From Geosiphon pyriformis uo1 (taxonomy: Eukaryota > Fungi > Glomeromycota): a DNA stretch of 64,000 bases. The notes under the pieces were generated by a model. It was not told where the DNA came from, searched no databases, and was given only the letters and a program-made list of their open reading frames with translations. The stretch lies in assembly GCA_016748015.1 (NCBI GenBank), contig JAAOMT010000660.1:124001-188000 (forward strand), read 5' to 3'. This document shows, piece after piece, positions 54,092 to 64,000 of the stretch. Positions within the stretch are counted from its first letter, which is position 1; each line of letters opens with the position of its first letter. A program made the position numbers and the translations under genes.

Positions 54092-56375
54092 TTTTTTTTA
54101 TATTTAATAAATAAGACTTAAATACAATCTAATATAATATATTAAATTAAGTAATCTAAACTAAATATAAATTATGTACTTTTTATATATAACAAATTAC
54201 TCAAACCAGTTAAAACAATATTATATTAATACAAAAAAAACTGAAAATAAATCCAATTTATTAATTCTCTTAATAATATTATTTAAGTTCTTAGAATCAA
54301 AGATAAACTTACTAAAAAATAATTTGATTGATTTAATATTATCTTTTATATTAGAATTTAATATATGTTCTAAAGTTATAATATGCTTAATAGTATTTTT
54401 ACTTAAAAAAAATTTAGCAGCTAATATTTTATTATAATTCATATTACTAAATTAACTTTAAATCTAAGACTAATAATGTCTTTAGAAACACCAACCAAAA
54501 AATTGAAAAAATTGTTAACAATATACTTTATAAAAAGCAAATTTTTCTCAACTTAAAAAGTCTTAATAGTATTATTATTTAAAAAATTAGTAACCAGAAT
54601 AACTAAAAAATTAATAGACTTAACAATAGAATTTACTAAAGCAGTTAAGCTCAAAATTTGAGTTTTCAAAAAATTCAATCTAAACTTAATAATAGAATTA
54701 GCAATAAAAGCAACCAAAAAAACAATAAACAAAAAAGCCAAAAAAACAGAAATTATAGCATAAAATTTATCATTAACAACAAATAATACAAAAGACTAAA
54801 AACCAACAATAAACTCAAAAAATAACTTAAAAAGAAGAAAAAAACATCTTATAATTAATAAATAAGTAGTTTAAACTCTAATATCTAAAACAGTAGCAAT
54901 ACTTAAAAGTTTTTTACCAGATATAACATTTATGTAGAATATTAGTTTTTATTATAGCAAGTTCTAGTATCTCTTAAAACTTAAAAGTAATAACAACAAA
55001 GTATTGATAATAATATAAATTAAAAAAATAGAAAATAAAGCAGATATAGCTATCAACTTAAAGCAGTACAACCAAAAAAAGATTGACCAATTTTGTCTTA
55101 AAAAAATTTTATAAGATAAAAATTTTTTTTGGTTAAAAAAAAAATCCAAATATTATCTTTTTTAATTAGTATAAATCAGTTATCAAGAACAGCAACAACA
55201 AAAAAAAGTTTTTAAAATTAAAAATAGTATATTGTCACAAATTAACAGATTTTAACTTAACAAAAGTAATAACACCAAAAATACCAAGAGTATTTTTTAT
55301 GTTATTAAAAAACATGCCAAAAAACATATTATAAAGTACAACAAAAGTGAAAAAAAAAATCAAAAGCCATCATAAAAAATTTGCAATTTTAAGTATAATT
55401 AAAAAAAAACCATCAATAAAAACTTTAACAACAGCAACCAAAAAAGTTTTAAAAGCAAAATTTATACAGAACAATTTAATATTGTCTTTAAAAATTAATT
55501 TGAATTTAACAAAGCCAGACAACAGATAAAACAAAAAATTAACTAAGACTAATTTGGTTTTAAAGTAAAGCCAAATACCAGAAAGAAGACTACTTACTTA
55601 AAAAATCTTTAATAACTGGAAATTATTTTTTAAGCACTATCAAAAGCAGTATTAAAAGCAATATCAAAAAACAAAAAAGAAAAAATTGATTTAATTTATA
55701 TTTAATTAGCCTAATTTTTAAGATTAGATGACTTAATAAATTGTGTTGTTTTTAAAACTAACAATAATTTGTTAAAAAATATTATATTTAACAATATAAT
55801 TAATAATTAATTTTAATTCATCTTAGCAAACATCTTATTGTTATTGTGATTATATTAGAAAGAGAGCTAATTACTGTTAAATAAATTTTATCCAAGATTT
55901 TTTTTAGAATTACAAAAAAAGTTGATATAATAATAACAGATATAAGTAACTGTTGTTGTTTTTTAACTTTTTGGTTTTTTTAATCATTTATAAAGTGGTA
56001 ATAGTAATAATATTGATAATACAAACAAAAAAAACCAGCTTGTTAATTGGTCTGTTGTTAAAAACTTTTGGGCTTTTAAAAAAAATAAAAATAACATTAA
56101 AATTAACCTAAATATGTCTTTTAAAAGAAATCTTAATTGAAAAAAAACCATTAGCCAAAGGTAAAAAAAATGCTTTAAAAGCTATTAAAGACAGCTTTTT
56201 ATTATTAATATTTAAAAAAACATTGTTAAGATGTTTTGCTTAACTGTTTTAATAATAATAAAACTTTTTTTTGTTAAACTTTATTAGTTACTATAAAAAA
56301 AGTAATATTTGAAACTTTTTTACTTTTTGTTTTAATTATAATTATAAAATAAAATAAAAAAAAGAGTTTAATAAT
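54092..56375 (-). mobile_element. Full-length ORF1-only element (copy B, about 2.3 kb), eroded homolog of copy A
   Basis: ORFs 54553-54741 and 54221-54442 align with copy A (FRLNFLKTQI vs FRLNSLEKQI; FIFDSKNLNNII vs FIFDSRNLNGII). Relict start (ATG>ATA, ..KTKSKK..KQNIL) near 56346; 3' tail and poly(A) near 54092-54220. Confidence 0.78.
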
Positions 56376-56881
56376 TTTAAATTAAAAATTTAACAAAAAA
56401 TTAAAAAAATTATAATAATTAACTTAAAACTTGTAAATTTCAGATTTATAAGTAAAAAATTTACCAAAAATACCAAAGGTATTTACAAATACTATAATAT
56501 AAATTATTTTATCTTTAATTTAAATTTGTTTAAATAGTTTTAAATCATAAAACAAAAAATAATATACAGCTTTATTAAAAAATTTTTGAACAAATTGGTC
56601 TTAATTTTTAAACTTTTATAAATTAAAAATTTTATTTTTATATATATTTTTAAACACAAAGCTAAATTAAGTTTTATAATTAACAATAAATTATAAAACT
56701 AAATAAAAAAATTATTTGTTTAAAATGGTTTTTTTTAAAACAATATTTATAAAAAATTCAATATATTTTTTTTTAAAGCTAAGTTTAAATAAATTATTTA
56801 TTAACAAAAAAATTATTATTGTAAATATTACTAAAAAATTTGATCAAATTTTTACATATTTTATTTTAATTAAACTGTTTT

Positions 56882-57685
56882 GTGCTGGTTTTACCAGCTC
56901 TGTTTCTGCTTTGTTTTGCTTTTACTTTATAAAAGCTCTTCACTATTATTTGTCTATGGCTAAGAAAAAGCATTAATACAATTCAAGTTATCCTAACATA
57001 ATGTGTATTCAATGTAGACTGGTTGAAGATTCTGATCATATATTCTCTTGTGCTTACAATGCTAGTGTTAGGGAGGAGTTAATTCTAACAACTGTTAATA
57101 TATAGGTTAAGCTGCTGAATGTGGAAGCCATTGACAGCATAGTGGTTTAATCTTTGCATAAAGCTGGATTTTCGGATAAACTGTACATGGTGCTTGCCAA
57201 AAGTTTTGTAATGAATACATGGGTGGCTGATGTGAAGTGACTTATGGGTGGTAGTTTTAATAGTGCTAATTTTGTTATTAAGCTGGTTCAGAATTTTGCT
57301 AAAGGTTACAAGTCTACCATATGATTACTAACTACCAAGTTAAGATCACATTATGAGAAATATGGTCTTCTGCTACATGATGGATCTGAAATATTATCTG
57401 TATTTGGCTTATCTTTCATCTGGTTCTGTGATGTGATTTTTGATTTTGGCATTAGATTAGATATTTATGTTTGCTTCAGTTTATATTCTTATTTATTCAA
57501 TACTAGTTTTGGTTTTTTACAGAATGTTTTTGTAGTTGATAGTTTAGCATTTAATATTGTTTTGATTGGTTTGAGTAACCAATCATGTATAGAGAATATA
57601 TGAGCTATGCTTAATATAGGGACAATTTTGTTTTATAGTTTTAAGTAGTGATTGGGTCTTACTCATTAATTCTTTAATAAAAAAA
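56882..57685 (+). mobile_element. 5'-truncated LINE 3' end (ORF2 Zn-knuckle region plus tail)
   Basis: CAGFTS..KALH..CIQC..EDSDHIFSC is homologous to 44995-45666; poly(A); TSD AAACTGTTTT at 56872-56881 and 57686-57695. Confidence 0.88.
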
Positions 57686-58165
57686 AAACTGTTTTACAAA
57701 TAACACTAATTTACAAAATTATATGTTTTTTGTATGTTTTATAAAACCAATTACAATTTTAAATTTTTTTTTAATAAATTTTAATTATTAAACTTATTAT
57801 AAAAATAAAAAACCACATAAATATGTTTTTTAAACTAAAAAATTATTGTTATAAAAAACATTAAACTTATTGTAAACCAAAAAAATCCAATTTAAAAAAT
57901 TTTAAATTTTTTTTAACAGTTTTAATTAATACAATAAAATAAGTATTAATTAAATCATTTTTTTATTTATAAAATTTAAAAATTATAAACATTTAAGTTT
58001 TTTATAAAGCAAAAACTAATTTATTTATTAATTATATATTTAATAAATTCAATAATAGTTTTAGAATAAATTTATTATAATATTATTAAAACTTATTTAA
58101 GATATTAAAAAGCTTTATTATTTTATAATTTGGCAGATTTTTAATTATTTTTAATAACTTATTAT

Positions 58166-59401
58166 TTTTTTTTATTAAAGTTTTATAAGTAAGATCCAAA
58201 TACTGCCTAGTATAATACATCAAGTAATTAATCTAAACTAGGTGTGAATTATGTATTTTCCATATGTGATCAGCTATTCAAGCCAATTAGAACAACACTA
58301 AGCACTTATATGAACTGAAATTATGTCCCCAATATCCAAAAAAAATAAACAAGATTTACATAGCCCAAAATTAACATTAACTGCTTTAGCAATATTTAAC
58401 ACCTGACTATGCCAGCTAAAAACACTAAAAAAAGCCCAGACATTGTAATAAAAACAGATTAATTACATAAGATTAGTCCATTTTTTTCCATAAAAACACA
58501 ATGTTTAGCACAAATTAACCAAATTTTGTCCCAAAATACAAGATTAAAATTGTGCACAAAATTCACAATATTTCGATTTGCAATTCTAAGATCCTTAGAA
58601 ACAGAGACAAACTTATGATACCAATTATTAAAAACAAAACTCTTATACAGAGTCATATTAATTGCAACATCAGAAGCACAAATGAACAACAACTGCAAAA
58701 CACATAATAAAGAATAAAAAAGACCAGAAAGTGCTCTTCAAGCAGTTGCATAAGTGTTTAATAACTGAATACAAACAGCAGCATCAAATGTGCAAAAAAA
58801 GCATAGTCCAAGATTTCAATATTATCACAGAACAAACATACTACACTAGAATAATACTTGTCATACAAATGCTTATGAACAGCAATAAGAAACCAATAAT
58901 GTAGAGTCTTTATAAAATACATATAGACTCTAACAGTATATTTACTAGTGAAGCTGGCAGCCAAGTGTAAATTAGGATGTCATACCAAAGATGACCTGAA
59001 CCAATTAATATCTATATATAGACTATCTATCACACACCAAGAACCAGAATTAATCTCTCAATGCATCTAATAAATAGACTGAAAAATCCCACAAACAAAA
59101 TATCTAGAATTATTAGAAACAATACTATTACCAACTCTAATAAAACACTTACTAATCTGATAAGATAGGTGTCAACTAGAAAGAGCAGCAGTTCTGATAA
59201 ATATGTCAACATGTTTATTGTCTGAAACATTTGAATGATTCTTTACTTTATGCCATTTAACATTTAAATTTTTATGTTAAATAATACTTACAATATAGCA
59301 ATATTTAACTCAATATTGGTTCTGGATATCCAAACATAACAAACTTAATTCTGACTTGTATGTATTCAAAGCAGCCTGGCTGTCTAAAAACAAATTGACT
59401 G
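58166..59401 (-). mobile_element. 5'-truncated LINE 3' end (part of RNase H, Zn knuckle, tail)
   Basis: LFLDSQAAL, ASFTS..YFIKTLH..VVCLFC; poly(T) at 58165-58173 on the + strand; TSD AACTTATTAT at 58156-58165 and 59402-59411. Confidence 0.85.
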
Positions 59402-59411
59402 AACTTATTAT

Positions 59412-62170
59412 ATTTAATTTTTTTACAATTTTTATAAATATTTTACTATTTATATAATTTAAAAAAGTAGATTGTTGTTGTTATAAAACATAAATTTTAT
59501 TTATTATTATTTTTTTTTTAATCTAGTTTTTTATAAATTTATTAAATTTTAAAACTAATTTATTAATAATAATTAAATAATCTAAACTATTTTTCAAAAA
59601 AATACTTTAATATATTTTTGATTATGTAATTTTTATTATTAACAAAATTTTTTATAAATTTTTTAATAATTTTATTTATTTTAGATGTTTAATTATATAA
59701 AATTTATAATACTTAAAATATTTATAAATTCTTTTATATTTAAATAAAGCAAAACCAATATTAATAATATTATTTGCAAACTGATTTGTATTTTAAAAGC
59801 TTTTATATTGTTATTAAAAATCTATATACTTATAAGATATTCAAATTCAAAAACAAAATTCAATTTCAAATTTTTATTAATTAAAAAAAACTTTAAAAGC
59901 TATTTGTTTTTAATATAGTTTAATATATTAAACTAAAACTTAACAAAAATTAAGTTAGTTAAAAAACACATTGTTTTTAAATTATCAGTTTTTTTTAACT
60001 TGTTAAAAATTTTTATTATAACTTTAATCTTTAATAAAAACAATTTTTTAAATTAGTTTTACTTAATATTATTAGTTTTTTAAAATTGTATTTTTATTGA
60101 TTTTTGTTAACTTGTTTGTACACAATATTTAATTAAATATTCAAAAAACAATATATATTAAAACAAATTTGTATTTTAAGTTAAAAATTTAAATACTTTA
60201 CAAATATATTATTTAATAATAATAATAAATAATAAAATATTAACAAAATATAATTTTTTTTATCTCTTTAAAGTTATTTTAAATAGAAATATTAATTGTA
60301 TAATTATTAGCAAAAAAATTATACAAACTTAAATCTAAATATTTTTCAAAGCTAATATTATACTTTGTACTATTTTTATTAAAATTATCTTTTAAATTGT
60401 ATTAATTATTAAATAAAAAGTAAAAATATTAAAAGCACTAATATTTTGAAATAAAAATTATTAAACTTATTAAACAAAATTAGTAGAAAAAAATTACTTA
60501 TATTTATATTTAAATTAGAAATTATAATAAAAAAAATACAATAACTAAAACAAAAAACAAAAAAATTGTTAAAAAATCCAATTTACAAAACTTTATTATA
60601 AAGAGCTTTAAAAAATTTTTAAAGTATTTATTTGTTTTTTAAAGCAGAATTTCTTGGTAATAAAAATAATTTAATATTTACAAATAAATTTATATTAAAA
60701 AAACCAGATAAAAAAATTAAATAAATATTATTCATAATTTGTGTTTATGTTTTTTTATCAAAAAATACCAAATAAGCAATAAAAGCTAACTTTTTAACAT
60801 AAATACTTGCTAATTTGTTTTTATTAAAATCAAAAAACAATTTTTTAATTTTAATTTTTAAATATAAATTTATGTTTGAATTATATTTAAATATAGTATA
60901 ACCAAATTTTTTACAAATAAAATATTTAGCTAAAATTAAATTAAATTAAATTAAATTTATGTCTTTAAAAACTAAAGTTATAATAAAAGTTTTTAAAATT
61001 TTTTTTTTAAATTATATATAATTAAATAATAATTAATTATACAAATTTTTTTATTAATTGTTTTTACAAATTATATATTATTATTTTATTAAAAAAATAA
61101 CTGTACATTGTTTAATAAACATTTTTAATATCTTATAATACTTTATTTATTATATAATCAATATTTTTTTGATTAAAATAAACTAATTAAAGACAAAAAA
61201 ATTAGTTTAATTTTAATTAGTAAAGTTTATTGTTTTTTATTATAGTTTTTTTAATTGTATTTTAATTAATTTAACAAGTTTAAATTCAAAAAACATAATT
61301 TGTATAGTTTTAAAAGATAATTTTTTCTTAAATTACAATTTAATTTAAACAAATATTTGGTTTTTTTAAATTAATATTTATTATTATATTGTTTTTATTA
61401 ACCAATTTTGCAATTTTTATTATATTAAATATAAATTTAAAAGTTTTACAAATAATTTTACTGAATTTTAAAAAACATTTTTTTGATTATTTTTAATTTT
61501 TATAAAAAAATTTGTTATTAATTATTATAAATATAATATTTAAAACATAGAATTTTTTAATAAAAACTTTAATTTTAACTTTGAAAAAAAACATATAAAT
61601 TATTATTATTAAGATTTAAATTAATTTTTTAAAATTATATTTATATTATTAATATTTATATTATTATTGTTTTTAATATAATAGCTAATTTTTTTACCAA
61701 ATGTTTTTTATTTATATTTATACTGTTTATTTTTATTATAATATTAATATTAGTATTTTTTTGTTTATTTTGAATTTATTAAAACCTAAATTTTTTGTTT
61801 TATTATTATAATATTATTATTATTATTTAAACAAAAATATTTGGTTTTATTAAACAAAATATTAAAAAACTAGAGCAAAAATAAAAAACTTTTTTTAATA
61901 TTTAAATATATTAAAAAAATTTAAAAAATAAATTTGTATTAATATATTTTAATAATAAAATATTTTACAAAAAATAATTATTAATTTAAATTAATATTTT
62001 AATTTAGTATTAAAATTAAGATTTAATAAATTTCATAATTTTTTTTATATTAATATTATTAATAGATTTATAATTTAATTTATATAAGACAAAAAAAATA
62101 TTACAAATTTTTTAAAAATTTATATTATATAATTGATTTTTTTAAAATATTATAAAACTTTTAATATATA
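59412..62170. repeat. Extremely AT-rich eroded repeat relics, probably older retroelement copies
   Basis: Almost no C or G left except in AC/GC and GT/GC contexts, the same texture as the recognisable eroded copies. Family not securely identifiable. Confidence 0.45.
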
Positions 62171-62188
62171 TATAAAGTAATTTTAAAT

Positions 62189-62345
62189 AATTGGTATATA
62201 AATTTTAAAAGCTATTTTATAAAAAGAAATTGGTATATTAATTTTAAAAGCTATTTTATAAAAAAAATTGGTATATTAATTTTAAAAGCTATTTTATAAA
62301 AAAAATTGGTATATAAACTTTAAAAGCTATTTTATAAAAAGAAAA
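62189..62345 (+). repeat. 38-39 bp tandem repeat x4 (AATTGGTATATWAATTTTAAAAGCTATTTTATAAAAA..)
   Basis: Four adjacent near-identical units with no spacers. Confidence 0.88.
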
Positions 62346-63449
62346 ACACAAAATAAATCATAAAATAAATAAAAATAAACTATTAAAAAAAAGTTTATTA
62401 ATAAATAATGTTAAAAAAAATTTTTTTATAACTTTTTACCAAATAAAAATACTAAATATTTTAAGAATTTATTTTAGCTTAACAAATATAAATATAAAAA
62501 ATATTACATGTTAATATATTAAACACAAAAACAAAAAAGTTAATTATTAAAAAGTCTATTTAACAAATAAACCACATAAAAAAAAAGATGAATTTAATTT
62601 TAATTCAAACAATAACCACAAAAATTGTTAAACAAAAATAAACAAAAGTTACTGTTATAATTAGATGACATCAAATTTTCAATTTGTTACTAAAATCTGC
62701 AAAGCAACATAAATCATCAATAATAGGAATTTCTAATCAATCAGAAGTTAATTCAGAAAATACATGAAAAAAGATGACATAACAAAAAAGTGGTGGGATA
62801 TTTATTGTCACGATTTTGACCCTGATAAGCAACTTGTTAGTATTTTATTGAAGGCGAAAATTTTTAAGTGAAGCCTCTCGAAAATATTTAAAATTCAAAA
62901 ATCACTTCATTTTTTTAATAATTCCTGTAAAAGGCAGAGGATTTTGCTTGATTGACGGGATGTCTGTTATCTGTTATTTTTTTAACGTGAATGGTTACTT
63001 GATACTTGTCCAGAGTTGTGGTATCAATATATAAGTTTTATCTGCCTTGCTCATGAGGATAATAATGTGCGGTGTGTAGTGTAAAGGTGTTTGATGATAG
63101 ATTGTGTGGGTGGGCAATTAACAGAAAGGAAATGCGAGATTAGTTAATCTTTTTTAAAAAAAAAAGATAAAAAGGAACATGACGAAATCGCCAAAAATTC
63201 TGTAACAAAATAAAATAAAAATACTTTTGAGTTGATAAGATGTGGATAAACAACATGGGTCGTGGAAAAAGATTTTGTACATTTGAAACAAAAATTGAAG
63301 GAAAAAAGAATCAAATTGAAGTGCAAAGAACATAAGCAAGAAAAGTTTTTTAGCCAAAACCATCTTATTCAACAAGAAAGCTAAAATTACACACACACAG
63401 TCTAAGATTTTCTTGTAAGTAGTAAATTATTGGGTGGGATATTTTTTAA

Positions 63450-64000
63450 TTACTCTTCCATATCATCATTTTCCTCCTCCTCCTCTTCGATAATCATTCC
63501 CTGAGGACGCTTAGCTGAACTTGGTCGACGACCCGTCGCAATAAGTCCTGAGCTCTTATTATTACTACCAAGATTATTAAGGTTTTCCCGGTTTGGTAAT
63601 GTAGAACCTTGGGAGAATCGAGAACCTGTGTTATTATTGAACAAACCAGCTCCAGGTCGACGTGAAGCACGATCAGTATGATTGTTCATTTGAAATATGC
63701 GATGTGAGGCATTAAAAGGAATTCCGTGAGGTGGTGATGGGTAAGAATCGCTTCTTAAACCAATCTCTGAATCAATTCCTTGAGGAGGCATTTCTATACC
63801 ATTTAGGGTTTTGCCTTCAACATACAATTCGTAATTGTGAGTATCCATGGGCAACGGTGATGATTTTGTACGAATTTTTTTGTAAAGAGTTTGAGCAGAG
63901 GAGGGGGAAGAAGGCCGTGGAGAGAGAAGTTTTGGAGATTCTGGAGGAGTTGATAATAAATCGAGTGGTATTGAATTTTGATTTGACTCTTCAGGTGAGA
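63450..64000 (-). CDS. 3' end of a gene; Ser/Pro/Asn-rich disordered C-terminus ending in an acidic tract
   Basis: The frame is open from the window edge (..SPEESNQNSIPLDLLSTPPESPK..) to IIEEEEEENDDMEE*, with genic GC content. Confidence 0.7.
   Translation of the reverse strand, partial: SPEESNQNSIPLDLLSTPPESPKLLSPRPSSPSSAQTLYKKIRTKSSPLPMDTHNYELYVEGKTLNGIEMPPQGIDSEIGLRSDSYPSPPHGIPFNASHRIFQMNNHTDRASRRPGAGLFNNNTGSRFSQGSTLPNRENLNNLGSNNKSSGLIATGRRPSSAKRPQGMIIEEEEEENDDMEE

Noticed and set aside
62189-62345. CRISPR-like 38-bp repeats
   Set aside because: Units are directly adjacent with no unique spacers, there are no cas genes, and the context is eukaryotic.
49800-62400. Organellar insertion or AT-rich endosymbiont DNA
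   Set aside because: No organellar or bacterial genes; several AT-rich tracts align in protein space to the local retroelement ORF1 and 3' tail.
49800-62400. Centromere call
   Set aside because: An AT-rich TE island is compatible with one, but nothing in the sequence alone distinguishes it from ordinary heterochromatin.

Overview
This is eukaryotic, intron-rich, AT-rich fungal DNA. The gene content and repeat style suggest an early-diverging fungus, probably Glomeromycota; this is an inference. The window has three parts. (1) From 1 to about 20 kb is a compact housekeeping block: isochorismatase-family hydrolase, NAMPT, V-ATPase subunit e, a RAD51AP1-like protein, SSF1/PPAN, BDP1, C1D/Rrp47, a conserved unknown protein, fumarase, a GFA/CENP-V-like protein and a small membrane protein. 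Several of these are tight head-to-head pairs. (2) From about 20 to 38 kb is gene-sparse and microsatellite-rich, with a class-3 lipase lacking its catalytic Ser, an intronless F-box gene and an Asn-rich RRM gene. (3) From about 38.1 to 62.4 kb is a nested retroelement island. It holds one full-length LINE (ORF1; ORF2 = APE-RT-RNase H-Zn knuckle), 5'-truncated LINE ends with target-site duplications (TSDs), a probable solo LTR, and at least four ORF1-only non-autonomous elements that share the LINE 3' tail. The island shows heavy C>T/G>A erosion on both strands, and the full-length LINE has no frameshifts; the apparent bias is toward CpG and pyrimidine-C contexts. The main leads are this repeat-restricted hypermutation, the ORF1-only 'half-LINE' family and the fungal RAD51AP1-like gene. 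All exon structures were assembled by hand, and boundaries of eroded elements are approximate.
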